Below are positions 49,866 to 64,000 of a stretch of 64,000 nucleotides of DNA, one piece after another (position 1 is the first letter of the stretch; each line of letters starts with the position of its first letter). Made by a program: the position numbers and the translations under genes. Origin of the DNA: Eledone cirrhosa (Eukaryota); the NCBI GenBank assembly GCA_964016885.1, contig OZ024740.1, positions 47,554,001 to 47,618,000 on the forward strand, given 5' to 3'. The notes beneath the pieces were generated by a model. That model had not been told where the DNA came from. It made no database searches and worked only from the letters and a program-made list of their open reading frames with translations.

Positions 49866-51089
49866 ACTGCCCTCTAATTCTGGGAAACAAAACAATGTTC
49901 ATGGTGCCTAAGATCAGATTTTAAACATAATGCTGAATGTACGTATTGTATATTCGATAATATACGGGATGTTTATGAAAAACATTTGGAAGGCCTTCCA
50001 AATGTTTTTCATAAATATCCCGTATATTATTAAATATACAATACGTACATTTATATGTATATTGCTATGTTGGAGCACCAATACACATTTCTAATTCTGA
50101 ATATTTTCATGCCAATGATTCGGAAAATACCATCCATTTTGTTCTAGCAGATATTACATACGTCATTACTTACTTTATGACCCCTCAGGAACAGTATTAT
50201 GAGTTGCTCGTAAATTTAAATGTTTCTGTATAATTAAATTTTCGTCTAAAATGTGTTATTTTTCTATGGCCCCACTAGGTCACGAATGGCCATAGTTTTG
50301 CACCAAGAAGGTTTCCCTCCGAGGCACAAGCCTGGGCAAGGTTTGTTTTGTGGAAGACCACTAGTCAATTGAACGAATTTTTTTTTTGTTTCTTTTTTTG
50401 TTTTGTTTCTTTTCGACTTGCCATATTCAGAATGCGAGACTCTTTAAATAGAAACACTCTCCTCACACATTTTCACCTTAACTCCTTGTTGATACACAAA
50501 AAACAACGCATAATTTCTTACTTCTTTTCAATATATATTTATTTGGCCACATACAAATCGAATCAACTTGTAAAAGTAATATACTTCGCTGAGAAGATTT
50601 AATAGGAACGAAACATCACTACAATTAACAAAGACAGGGAAAGGGGGAAAATGTCTTTAACTCCTCGTGGAGTCGTAGAAGTGCCATCGTAATGCAAGGC
50701 ATGTCTTGGGCAGTTTCTTCCAGGGTGAGAGGGAGGGAGAAGAATCTACCCTAGCACGTGACTAGTACATTATTGAACGACCTCGAAAGGATAAAAGCTA
50801 ACGTTGATCTCTGAGGGTCTGAACTCAGAGTGCAGTGAGTCAGAACAAATACCGAAGACATTTTTAATCCGATGCCCTAACGACTCTGCCAATTCGCCCA
50901 CCTTACAGTTTTTCGCGCTGTCTCTTTAGTTCTATCTATCTTTCTCTGTCTCTCTCTTAAACTAAAATATCACATGATCCACATAACAGGTGCAATGTGT
51001 CCGAACACGGAAGAGCCGAACTCCTACTGTCATCGCCTCCATCTCTCTCACCCTCCCCATCTCTCTGTATTATCATCAAATAGGGTCCC

Positions 51090-51720
51090 ACGTGCTGGCC
51101 TCCCCACAGAATGGAGAAGCGGACAGAATGGAGAAGCGGACAGAATGGAGAAGCGTTTCCCCGGAGGATAGTAAGGGATATGCGCAGGAAGAATCATTCC
51201 ATCTCACGAAGCTCAAACCTGCGGCTGGCCAGCTCAGCGCCTATGGTGGTATGTAGGAAGGTAGCCCTAGGGCCAAGGACACCAGAAGTCTCCACTGCCA
51301 AGGGCACGTTCGCAAACCTGTCGGAAACCGACCGGTACTTGGAGAGTTTGCCCTCCTCAGTCTGAAGTGCAGCAGAACCTGGATTAGTCACAGACTGCAC
51401 CAGGTTGCGGCTGGAGAAAGTGTCGCTGCAAGTGGCATCCCGGATGAGGGGTTTGCCACCGCGATACGGGAAGATGGTCATACCGTCTGGCCTTTTGCCG
51501 TCCCCTCGGTCCAACCCAACCGGCTCGAGCTGGAAAGGGAAACCTGCAGCATCCAAGCCATGATTTATGACCTCGTTGAGGGCAGCATGGCATGGAAGGC
51601 GCGCGGCACTGTAGCGACAGGAAAGTGGGTGGAGGCCGAAAGATTCCACGGTGGATCCTCGGCGACATTTGTGTGGCTCGCAGATCCAGAGGCCAAGCCT
51701 CAAGGAAACGCCGATACAGT
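51090..51720 (-). mobile_element. 5'-truncated CRE-like non-LTR element (Cys/His knuckle + RPDG restriction-like endonuclease)
   Basis: ORF 51194-51730: HKC..G....GLH.LSC.....H..LN...EP.GL.R.DGKRPDG....DAT..DT...K..KY...PLAVET.G. Confidence 0.75.
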
Positions 51721-52394
51721 TATAAAACAAACTTACCTAATCGTACCTATTTACAATCAAGATGATCTATCAGTCCGAATACAGGGGTATGAAATGGGCC
51801 GTCATCGGTTTCGACGATGAGTATTCCAGTTGTACTCTTAGCGTAATTTTCAGGATAGTTCTGCATAACACGCTGTGTGAAAGGCTGGCCTTTTAAATTA
51901 CAAGTACAGTCATTCGTTAGACTTCCAAACAGTTTCCAGCTACCCAATTTCATTCACAAGGGATATGTCGGTCCAGAGCAATGGCAAATGACACTAGTCT
52001 GATATGCCATGTAGTAGCATCAAACCAGGGACCTAATGACTGCGAAACGAACTCCTTAACCATGTGGCCATCCTGCATCCGCAAGCATGGCGTGAGATAC
52101 GTAACTGTAATATTACACTTAATCGATTCAATTATATATGCAGCTTCCATATATCTTAATTAACATGTGTTTATTATCCAAAGAAGATTGGTTTGTCTTT
52201 CATCATTATGGTTTAGTTCTAGGAATTATTAGGATATTAACAGCTGTTGCTTAGCGTTTGATGAAACAGCTAGCTGTCCTTAATTTAAAATGTAATGCAT
52301 CAAATATAGACATATGTAAGGAGTGGATGATGGAGCGATTTTCATCTATTAATAATTGTCTTTATTTGCTGCCTTTGTTCCTCTCTCTCTCTCT

Positions 52395-52430
<36 letters not shown>

Positions 52431-53371
52431 ATCTCTATCTCTCTCTCTGCTTATATATATATATACATACATATGTGGTGGAGGCACATGGCCTAGTGGT
52501 GGGGGTGTTGGACATACGATCATAATGTCGTGGATTCGATTCGTGTGTTGTGTTCTTGAGCAAAACACTTCATTTCACGTTGCAATGTGTAACAGCAAAT
52601 GCTGGGGGTTTAAACCTGCGATGGACTGGGTTCCAGAAAGAGTTAAATGGTTTGCATAAACACTGTAAAGATGTTATTGCATTCAATGGAGATTATGTTT
52701 TTCAGAATAAATAAATTTTAGTTTCAATATGTTGTGCATTTTCATTTAAAGATTTATTCTAAGGACTTTATCACCACACCAAGTATATATATATGTATGT
52801 GCACGTTTATATAAGTGATTATAATGGAATATTCCTCTATTACTTTTCGTAAGATGAGAAAAGCTCAATACATGCTTTAGGTCTTCAGCACGTAAGGAAT
52901 CCAAAACGATCGAAATAGTCTTCTGCAGGTTAAAGATTATGCTGTTGAGGACAGTGAGGGTAGCAGAGCATAAATATTTAAAATGAAGAGAGCCAAGGTT
53001 TTCAAATTAAATCCACTTTTAATATCTACGATCGTTTCTATACAGGTGATAAGCTTACATGCATATGTAAACAACGAATCAATCTGTAAAAAATCACCTT
53101 GCACATCTATCCTACCTCACTTGCTTTCTTCGTCTGCTCGCCTATATTCAACATTTGATAATGCCATGGTTCATAGCATGTGTTTTGGTTAATTCAATCC
53201 CTTCTTATAATCCTGATGATATGCAGGTTTTTGTGTATTGTGTAAATAATTGTTGATTACTTATAACTGACTGATTCGTTGATTGCATACGTATGTAGCC
53301 TTATTACCTGTATCAAAACAATTGTAAATATTAAAAATAGATTTAATTTGAATACTTTCTCATTATTTTAA

Positions 53372-53402
<31 letters not shown>

Positions 53403-53797
53403 TGTATGTATGTATGTATGTATGTATGTATTTATGTGTGTGTGTGTGTGTGTGTATGTGTGCGCGTGCGTGTGTGTGTCTGTCTGTAGGTCCCGAGAAA
53501 TGTCGGGGTTAACCACAGTTAAAAAGGGTACTCAATACATTAGTAGAGTGTAAACATCATTAAAATAAAGTACCAGTAATGCACTGGGTAATTGCTGGCC
53601 TTGTGCCAAAAGTAGAAACAATTATTTAATATAAAAAATGCTTCTACAGGACTAAAATTGGTTCATTCGTGTGAAATCATCCCGCATTCCTGATGATTTC
53701 ATGCGAATGAAACAGTTCTAGTCTTGTAGAAGCCATTTCTATATTAAATAATTATATATATATATAACATGTATATATATCTATACATACATATACG

Positions 53798-53911
<114 letters not shown>

Positions 53912-54113
53912 AAAGTTCTATTTAAAGTTGTTGGGATACAACAAGTAAATATTTTTATAACTGATATAAAGCACTCGACAAGTTTTTGGAGTAGATATAC
54001 GATATTAATAAATGGAAACTATATTTATAAAACCATATTTATTTCAGTATCCCTGAAATATGTATAATGAAATAAATATGGTTTTATAAATATAGTTTCC
54101 ATTTATTAATATC

Positions 54114-54187
<74 letters not shown>

Positions 54188-54404
54188 CACACAATACTAA
54201 CCTAAGGTAAATATAAATAAATAAATAAATATACACAAGTACAATAACAACAAACACATAAACACACACTAATGAACATAGACTCAAACAGGAACACACA
54301 CACCAAACAGAAAATACACACGCAAACGCGTGCACAAACAGAGACAGAGGCAAGAATAAATAAATAAATTAAATTAAAATGGCGTAGACAAAACAATAGT
54401 ACCA

Positions 54405-54442
54405 CTGATGATGTCACAGATGTGTGACGAAAGAACTTTGAT

Positions 54443-54479
<37 letters not shown>

Positions 54480-54632
54480 TTTTAACCGTTGGTCAATCAA
54501 TGATAAACATTGATTGCCAGATAAATTAACTATGGAGATATAAAAGATACAGAAGCAAAAACCAACCAAACAGTGAGTGTGTTCTATTATTAATTCTGGC
54601 AATATTATAACAAAATTACCCTCCCCAAATAT

Positions 54633-54667
<35 letters not shown>

Positions 54668-54711
54668 TCCGATGACCCCCCCCCCCCCCTGGGCGAAACA
54701 CGTGTAAGAGC
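54405..54711 (+). ncRNA. Two degenerate hammerhead-like motifs in pLTR tags (54405-54435; 54665-54711)
   Basis: CTGATGA-tgtcaca..tgtgac-GAAA (stem I unclear); gcct-CCGATGA-ccc..ggg-c-GAAA-cacgtg-TA-agagc. Confidence 0.45.
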
Positions 54712-54825
54712 TATATAAAGATATGTTTTAAGGGCTTGTAACTCTTTCATTCACTCATTCTTTTGCTTATATATATATGTATACATACATACATACATAC
54801 ATACATACATACATACATACATACA

Positions 54826-54856
<31 letters not shown>

Positions 54857-55689
54857 TCTCGAAATAGATTTGCTACATCTAAATTTGATTTCACAAGAAA
54901 GTTTGGGATTAAAACTATTTAAGTCACCGTTTTAAAAAGAATAGTAAACATACGCAATGCAATAATAGCTACTGTTTCGTAATTGAGGACATTTAGGAAA
55001 ATTGTGATGGTTAAACATCTATGGAGGAGTTATAGGGCAAGCATTGCATAACGTTTTACTTCACCTTCCCAGCTACATTTACGAAAGTAATTTGGAAACT
55101 AATGTCATTTGTTTGGTGTTTTTCATTTCACCCTATAGTTATATCTGGTTAAGTCAATACGGTTAGTGTCAGTTTCCTTAGCCGTGGTTCCCAAACAGTA
55201 CTTTCCTATTTCTAGTTTCCAGCCTGAGTTGTGTGTCTAAGAGAGGTAGTGTGGGGTTAAGATGTTTAGTTGGATAGTCTATGGTTACTTAAATATCCTA
55301 TAGAGGGAGTTGGCTATTTGTTGGATGCTCCCCATGGTGTTCATCTTGATGTGTTATCCTGTGGGGTATACCAAACTAAAATTAAGGTATCTCCACTTTG
55401 CTTCTTCATCTCATGTGATCGATAACCAAAGTACCATTGATGTACAAGATACAATTCGATCGATAATAGTAAAAAAAAAGAAGTGATTTCTCACATCGAT
55501 ACAATCGGAAAGAAAATGAGATTGGAAGATGTTCATGCTTTCCTTCGGAGCATTAGTGATGTAAGCTAAGGATTAGCATTATACTATTAATCCGGCAGAC
55601 GGAAGTTTAGCTCTGCTCTACAGCCTCAGCGTTATGTTAATTGACAACTGAGAAACAGCTTTTCTATCTAATATTATAGTTGTCGTTAA

Positions 55690-55912
55690 AGCAGTGAGAT
55701 GGCAGGATTGGTAAAGAATCGAACAAAAATGCCATACACTATTTGTTTCGGTCCTCTCAAGTTCTGAGTTCCAATCCCGCCATATTCAAATTTACTTTTC
55801 ATCCTATAGGGGTCGATAAACTTATCTATTAAGTACTGGGATCAATTTAATCGACTTGCCCCTCACGCCAACCCAACAAAATTGCTGGCTTTGTGTCTAA
55901 ATTTAAAAATCA
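55690..55912 (+). mobile_element. SINE (dominant family)
   Basis: ttctgagttccaatcccgcc...tttcatcct..ggggtcgataaa...ttaatcgact...aaattgctggctttgtg. Confidence 0.75.
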
Positions 55913-56519
55913 TTGTTCGAACTATCGTGTCAACGAAGACTGGGTCGTTCGAGTTACTCTTAAAATATTCCTGTCAATAACATCCATAAATTCCCACCCA
56001 GTCCGATGCATAAAAACTGGATGGTGTTTTTGTTTTACTACGAAATTATAAAAAAGACATTCTCCTATTAACTGGCTCAACCAACCAATATTGTGGCTAT
56101 GTTGAATCTCATAGCCATTTCAGTCCTATGGGCACTCCCGCGTATACACTTAACGTATCTAAGACAAGTTTACCTAGCGGAACCCATCTCTCTTAATACT
56201 ATTGACAGGATTAAATTTCAGCAGCGTAAGCTCACAGAAAACTCTTCATCTATACAATGTCCCCAATGGTAAGCGCACCGTAAAGCATCAAGTAAACTCA
56301 AAACGAATTGAATTTGTAATTTGGCGCATCTGTGTTACCCTCGTGTACATATGTATTGTTCAATCATATGCAATACTTAATTATTTATCACACTTCATCA
56401 GAAAGTCTATAATAGTAAAAGTGACTATTCACTCACACAGGTACCTTAAACGAGAGGAAACGGAGGGTAAAACAAAGACTCTTATGTACATGCAGTATGC
56501 ATAAGTATGTAATATCTGA

Positions 56520-56760
56520 CTGATAAAATGACAAGTCAGTCAATCATATTGGTGGCCTCCCCACAGCCCCGGCGGACAGAATGGATAAGGCGTTTCCTCG
56601 GAACGGCAAGGGAGACGCGCTGGAAAAGCCAGGCTCACACCTGCGGCTGGCCAGCTCAGCGCTTATGGTGGTGAGTAGGGAAGTAGCCCTAGGGCCGAGG
56701 ACACCAGAAGTCTCTACTGCCAAGGGTACAACCGCAAACCTGTCGGAGAGCGAACGGCGA
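56520..56760 (-). mobile_element. Short 3' fragment of CRE-like element
   Basis: Reverse complement of 12930-13190, including the tgactgacttgtcatttta tail. Confidence 0.7.
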
Positions 56761-57046
56761 TGATCTCAAGAAAGCCATAGACACCACACTCTCACATCAT
56801 CCCTCCACTAAAACTGTACAGCCTTCGTATTTTGCTCAGAATAAATTATGTAAGATTTCTTTTTCTTGTTGGAGATACGTTTACCTATCCATGGTACTCA
56901 CAGCGCACTGAAATGAGTAAGCAAAAATAGTTAAATGATCTGGTTCTTAATACAACGTAACAGAATCTGTGACGTTATACAAACAGTTGATGCTGCGACA
57001 AGTAAGCTGTCATCCTATCGACAGAGACACTTAAAAGTGTCTGCAT

Positions 57047-57168
<122 letters not shown>

Positions 57169-57894
57169 GAGAGGATGCGGGCTGAGGACTTCCCCGAGAG
57201 TATTAGCAGCGTATGTTACGTGAAATGGCTTTAAAACAGCGTTTCGGTGCTTGTTCGTTGTGAGGTTACTTGTATTGCTTTATGAGACTCACTACTTCTA
57301 AATGTTGCTATTAGTTGTTTTACAGCTGTTACAGATCTCTGCCTTTTCACCTCCGCTAAGGTGCAATACATCACTGTATAAAGGAGCGGGAAATGAAGTG
57401 ATCTTTTTACCTGCAATAATTTTTCATATATTTCAGTGAAAGTAATCTTACATATATGCATCTGTTCCATTTACTTAATGAGCGGCATATCGGAACAAAT
57501 GTGTTCTAGCTGAGAGAAGGAGAAAGAAGAGTAGAAAATAGTTAACTGTGACTTTTAATGCATTTCAGTGTGCATTATCAATGTAGATGGAATTAAGTTG
57601 AAAAGAAATTAGATGAAAAAATATCTAAGACGGAGATCTGATAACGAATCGCAGAGCTACTTCGCCTGCCTTTTATCTTTACTCTGCAATCCTTATTAGT
57701 TATACTGATAATTTCTTACAATAAAATACATCTCACCGGTCTTTGAAAAGGGAAAGGTAGGAAGTATGTATGTGTGTATGTATGTATGTTCTTCTGGTTT
57801 TATAATTTCACAAAGTTTTACCAATAGAGAGAGAGTCGGTTTCTAACATAGACACAAGACTCTCTCATTGGAATTTACACATCAACTAGGTAGA

Positions 57895-60800
57895 TATGTA
57901 TGTATGTCTGCATGCATGCATGTGTAGATATGGATGTTATTGTATGTGTGGATGTGTATGTTTTGAGTTGTATGTGTGCATGTGTATATGCTTTGTATCT
58001 GTACATGTGTATATGCAGTTATTAGATGCAAAATTTTTGGAATGTTTTACATATTTTTACTGTTCCATTAATGGATTGTACTTGTAATTTCCTAACTAGT
58101 TGTGTTCTTTCTGTTCCTGTGAAACCTAGCTTCTCAAGATTTGTATTGGGGCAGTTACTAACATATCCCAGTGCCCCAATAATCACAGGCATAAATCTGA
58201 AGGTGTAATCAGGGTGGAGTATCTGCAGATTTCTCATCAGTTCTGCAGAAATATTCTCCTTTTCACTAATCTTTGATATTATATTGGCATCTGCTGGGCA
58301 GCTAATTTCCACTACTGTGCATGTTTTCTTCTCCCTGTCCCATATCATAATATCTGGTCTGTTATGCCTGCATTTTATTGGGGTTTTTACTGGAACATTC
58401 CACCAGTACTCTTTCATATTATGTACATGGATGTCTTCCACATTGTTGTAGCTTTTAATGCGTTTATTATCGGGGCTATCTTTTTTACGAACTGCATTGT
58501 ACAGTGTTTTGGCCACTACATCATGCCTCATAGGTAGATAGTACCGCGGTGACATCTTTGGACAGCTGCTGATGACATGGGTGATATCCTCGATGTTAGT
58601 TCTGCAGAGTCTGCACTTGTTATCACATCTAGGTGTTTTGCCTGCATCCCTATCTCTTTTGTGAATCAGGTATTTCGTGTTAATCGCCTGTTCTTGGATT
58701 GCAAAAGCATATCCTTCAAAGTGGGAGCCAATATAGCGGTTGTTGGTCCAAGATAGACTACTTTCCTTATCTATATTACTCTCACTCTGGAGCTTCCTGG
58801 CAACATATCCATGCATGATTTTTTGCTGATAGGCATGCAGTTTTTCATCCATGGATTCACTGCGATACTGCTGAGCGACATCCCTGGGTGTGAGTGTTTG
58901 ATTATCACACAGGGAATATCTCTCAAGGAGTTCCTTCCCAACTCTCATGATCTTATCTGTTTCATGCAGATAGACTTGCTCGAGAAGCGGGCTCCTACGC
59001 TTCAAGGTACGTAGATGTTGTCGGAGAGATATGATGCGACATTCAAATGTTGTCTGGACTGATGTTAGGCCTCTGCCTCCCTGCTTACGTTTCAAGTAAA
59101 GGCGGTCTATGTCACTGTTGATGTGGAAGTCTCCGGTGTTCTTCAGTATTTTTCGAGTTCCAACATCAACTGCTCGGATTTCGTCTATCGTCCAATTGAG
59201 TATTCCAAACGTTGGTGTTAGGACAGGCACAGCAAACACATTGTGAGCCACTGTTTTGTTTTGCGCAGAGAGTTCCGATGACCAGATCTTTCTTAATCGG
59301 GTGTAGTATTCCCTGGTTACGCGTTCTTTATTACAGATACCATTATAGGATATGGTCTCATCTATCCCCAGGTATCTGTAGCAGTTCTCATCAGATGTCG
59401 GTGAAACAGTTAGACCATTGATGATAATGTTGTTAGATTGGGTTGTTGTTTTTCCCCGCTTTACAGTCATGTATGAGCATTTATCTTGGCCAAACTCCAT
59501 TCCTATATCCTTTGAGAACGTTGTAACCAGGTCAAGATTTTTCTTCATCCCATCCATGTTCTTGGCATAGAGTTTCAGATCGTCCACAAAGAAGTTATGG
59601 GTTAGGTTCGTATTTCTGTCCTCCTGTGAGCCAATGATGTATCCCTCACATTTCTTGAGCAGAAAGGACAAGGGGTTTAATGACAAGATGAACAATATCA
59701 CAGAGAGACTGTCCCCCTGAAATATACCGCTGCAATATTTTATTTTATCAGTGAAAATAGAGTCCTCCCTCTCTGTCTTTAACCTTAGGATAGTAGCCCA
59801 AGAAGAAGACAGCCTCTCTATGGCTCTGACAATAATGTCTGGGACTTTAGCAAGTTGGAGGGCCTTTATCATCCAAGAGTGGGGAACAGAATCGAAAGCT
59901 TTCTTGTAGTCCAGCCAGACTGTAGTCATATTCCTCCTAAGTTGTCGCACCTCCGACATCGCAGTTTTGTTGATTAGGAGTTGTTCAGCACATCCCCAAA
60001 CCCTTTTCTTTCCAGCTGTTTGTTCATCTGTGATGATGTTATTATTTTCACAGTGATCTTGGAGGAATAGGTTGAGGCAGGCTGTATACATCTTATACAT
60101 CAGGTTCTGGCATGCAATGGGCCGGTAGTTTTTTGCCAAGTGGGTGTCTTTGTTCTTGGGGACCAGTAACGTTTGTGCTAATGTCAACCATTCTGGTATA
60201 AGTGTATCTCCCTTGTTGGTAGAGGTCAGTAAGATACCTCCGATAGAATATTAGTTGTTTGTACCAGTAGCCGACAATCATATCTCTTCCTGGTGTTTTC
60301 TTATCTTGGAGTTTTCCTATCGCAGTCTCAAGGGTACCCTCACTTATTTCGTATTTTTTTTGTTGTAGTGTAGGAGCAATAGTTCTTTCGGATTTCTCTT
60401 AGCCACACTGCATCTTGGTTGAAATTCTTCTTTTCACCCCATATTTTTCTCCAAAAGGAATCTATGTCTTTCTGGGATGGGGCCTCAGTGACACTTATTA
60501 TTTTGCCCTTCATATCTCTATAGACTGATGTTTGGTTTCGTCTGAATCTTTTATTAAGCATTTTTCTCTCATCTACCTTCTTCAGGTATCGGCGTTTTTC
60601 GCTAACAGCTCTCAATTCTTGTTTGAGGGTGATCAGCTTATATTGGAGAGTTCTGGTTCTACTGTTACCAAACATCGTCTCTATTTTATTTTTCACTCTT
60701 TGTTGGTGAGGAGTGAGGTTTTTTTGTGTTTGTTTGCATGTAAGGAGCATTATCACATGTCCTATGTTTTTTCGTAGGTCAGCACTCTTTTTTTCTATTT

Positions 60801-61095
60801 TAGTTATATATGATGGTATTTTTGGTGGTGTTTTGTTCTTGTTAATATCTCTGCTTTCACCAAGATAATGCTTCACTGTCATTGCTAAGGCATATAAACA
60901 AGCGTTGATTTGCCAAAATGTTGGGGTTTTTATCCGTCGTAAATATTCATTTCCTATTTCGTCAATAACACGTAGTATTTCATTATTTGGTTTTTTATTC
61001 ACCATTGTCATTTTAACACGTTCAGCCAGAGAGATATTTATACATGAGTTAATTTCTCTCTGGAAGATTTCGTTGAGGGAAATTTCCAATTGTTT
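57895..61095 (-). mobile_element. R4/Dong-like non-LTR retrotransposon (RT + CCHC + PD-(D/E)xK endonuclease), frameshifted, in (TACA)n context
   Basis: ORF 58022-60187: NYRPIAC, WLDYKKAFDSVPHSW, GIFQGDSLS, FVDDLKLYA, GGRGL, CRLC..E...H.ISSC, RHD, RPDI..D..E. Upstream ORF 60340-61090. Confidence 0.88.
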
Positions 61096-61190
61096 ATGTA
61101 TGTATGTATGTATGTATGTATGTATGTATGTATGTATGTATGTATGTATGTATGTATGTATGTATGTATGTATGTATGTATGTATGTATG

Positions 61191-61815
61191 TCAGGTCACC
61201 AGTTGCTGCTACTGGTAACATGTATTCCAGTACAACCTGTCCCATGGTCGGGTCGTTGGCGACTAAACTGGCAACCCCACCAAGGTTTCTTGGTGAGGAG
61301 GGTGACTTTGGACATCCTGCAGGACTAAAAACAAAACCTGTCAAAGGGCAAAGGAGCTCTTAAGAGTCAATGGCCATCCAAAATCACTGGAAGAGATGAC
61401 CCCTTAGCCTTTGTCAAGGCAGAATTCTAGGAGAAGGAAAACTCTGATATAACACCTGCAACCCTGATGGTATCCAATGATGTTGACTTGTTCTTCTTTT
61501 TGGTAAATATCATCTTGGTTAAGAGAGTGGGACTGGCTTTGTGCAGTGCCTTTGCTCACTATAAAAGCTTCACCACACAGGCATTGCTTTATATCTGGAG
61601 ATCTCACTTGTCGTCACATGATACCATGGGCCCAGCACTAAGTGTCAATATTTGTCACAAGTGTAGTGTTTGTACCAGAGTTTTCAAGTCGCTGGCTGGA
61701 CTAAAAAGTCACACTCGTTCAGCGCATCGGTAGGGGTTCTCCTACATGGATATAAAGTAGTGGCCGTACTCGAAAACGAGTTGGCAGCCACCATGTATGT
61801 ATGTATGTATGTATG

Positions 61816-61849
<34 letters not shown>

Positions 61850-62455
61850 TGTATGTATGTATGTATGTATGCATGTATGTATGTATGTATGTGCGTATGT
61901 ATGTATGTATGTATGTATGTATGTATGTGTATGTATGTATATATTATGTATGTGTGTGTATGTATGTATGTATATATGTATGTCAGGTCGCTTTCGAGTG
62001 CTACTCGTAACATGTAACCCAGTACAACCTGTCTCATGGTCGTCGGCGACTAAACCGGCAACCCCACCAAGCCTGCTTAGTGAGGAGGGTGATATTTGGA
62101 CACCCTGCGGGATGAAATACAAGACCCGGCAAAGGGCGGAGGAACTCAGCAGAGTCAACGGTCATCCAAATAGTACTTTTCTTCTTTTTTTTTTTTTTTT
62201 TTCACCTGGGAGTGAAACGCCCTCAGTTGTCACAACACCTTTCTAAGAGAGGGAAACTCTGAAAAAAAACTGCGATTTCGGAAGTATCCGATGTTCATCT
62301 GTTCTCGTTTTCGGGTAATGTTTTCGATACTCAGAGAGTGGGATTGGTTCAGGTTATGTTACAGGTTCGTGAGGTTGGCCGCAGCATAAACATGCACCTT
62401 TTACTGTAATCTGACAAGCGATTGCAATACTCTTAACAGAGTTTGCAGCCATCAT
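61191..62455 (+). mobile_element. Two related non-autonomous LINE-derived (RTE-like) short elements (61191-61793; 61983-62455) with (ATGT)n tails
   Basis: Shared 5' tcaggtc..gctact.gtaacatgta..ccagtacaacctgt...gcgactaaac.ggcaaccccaccaag and 3' gagtt.gcagcca.c. The first carries a C2H2 remnant CSVCTRVFKSLAGLKSHTRSAH. Confidence 0.6.
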
Positions 62456-62992
62456 ATATGTATGTATGTAAGTATGTCTGTAAGTGTCTGTGTATGTATT
62501 ATGAACCCGTATCTCCTGGTGAGTAGGAGCACCGTTGGGAGATACGATGTTTCTTGGTTATCTTTTTAACCTGGTAGACTATTCTGTCCGACGTTTTAAC
62601 AAATCTGCCAATTCACCGCCTATTTAAGAGAGTATAGTCGAAAAAAAAAACATTATTTTATCAACACCTAAAGTATGAAATTCAAAGTCAATCCCAGTAG
62701 AATTTGAACTCAAACCATTATCTGGCAGTTAATCTGTTTGTCTGGCTCTCCACTATATTTCTAGACCAGAAATATCTATAAAGGTAATTCCTGTTCTGGT
62801 TATAAGCACAGAATGAATTTCTCGCAGCATCTGATCTGCTAGTAATATCAAATAAAATGTCATCAAATACAATCTACAATTTTTTTTAAATCATATTGGT
62901 TAATGTGCTCCTTAAAGTGGAAATGAGACATATGCATCCGGATAATACATTTTGCTTGAAGAAAACAAGATGGGATTATGATAATGATGATG

Positions 62993-63192
<200 letters not shown>

Positions 63193-63530
63193 GTGCATAC
63201 GATGGTCTTCCGTCTCCCAAATTTCTCTATTCGATGTAGAATTCGACCTCCTTATACAATGGAAACATAATAGTAGTCTTTCGGGACAAGACACAGTTAC
63301 TATATATGTGAAATAAACAGTCATTGAACCCTCCTTAAGCATAAACAATACACAGTGACATAATCACAAATTTATAATCTTTATAATCTTCGATGATATT
63401 TGATGATAACAGATGAGAAATCTTTTATTACGGGGTCGATAAAATAAAGTACCAGTATTGTACTGGGTAATTGCTGGCCTTTGTCGATTGTGGGAAATTA
63501 TCCAGGAGCAAGAGGTCGTCAGATCTGTAA

Positions 63531-63600
<70 letters not shown>

Positions 63601-64000
63601 TGTGAGTGTAAGTGTGTGTATGTGTATGTGTGCGTGTGTGTGTGTGAGAGAGAGAGTGTGTATGTATGAGTAAGTGTGTGGTGAGTGTAAGTGTGTGTAT
63701 GTGTGTGTGTGTGTGTGCGTGTGTGTGTTTCGTATCTTCACGTTTTCAGTTCAAATCCAGCAGCAGTCAATTTTGCTTTTCATCTTTCAGAGATCGTTAA
63801 ATTGAAGTACTAGTCACGTACTGGCATCGAGTTAATCACTTCTTTTCTTCCCTCAAAGTTCTCTCCGGGTGCTTATGTAAGAAATTCTTGTTGTGGGAGA
63901 AGGTGTAGTACCCATTAACTTTTCAGACCTTCACAAATGGGGCCCAAGCCTAAATTGCATCGCAAAATCTAGGTTTCCTTAAAGCTTTAAAATTGTTTCA

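Noticed and set aside
51106-51155. Three copies of a 17-bp unit (acagaatggagaagcgg)
   Set aside because: Local slippage duplication inside the CRE-like fragment.

Overview
AT-rich, microsatellite-saturated animal genomic DNA. It looks Octopus/coleoid-like from the SINE, Penelope and RTE content, but that is inference and was not verified. Most long ORFs in the track are (TA)n/(TG)n/(TATG)n artefacts or retroelement remnants. The remnants are five Penelope-like elements (RT + GIY-YIG), a near-complete RTE LINE, an R4/Dong-like RLE LINE, CRE-like 3' fragments, and many SINEs and fold-back tags. The main result is a minus-strand host gene that the ORF track cannot show. It has a TATA/Inr promoter at ~48.6 kb, a 40-nt first coding exon, and seven tiny symmetric phase-1 exons (30, 51, 39, 39, 39, 18, 42 nt) spread over 48 kb. 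They splice into an uninterrupted 99-aa secreted-type ORF (MTSTYLISRVFFAGLALILLTNYAFA|KKKNVLKTEKYTFKPKGRQSDFVQTEADTENPNAAHLNRGDKKDPKEATENEVDPEAEAMGNIGNQINGSPFH...) that runs off the left edge. This is a micro-exon-gene (MEG-like) architecture, and it includes a duplicated, fast-diverging exon. The window also holds about ten type-I hammerhead ribozyme motifs, including a circularly permuted ~425-450 bp retrozyme-like repeat. All calls were read by eye. Repeat boundaries are approximate and nothing was checked against a database.
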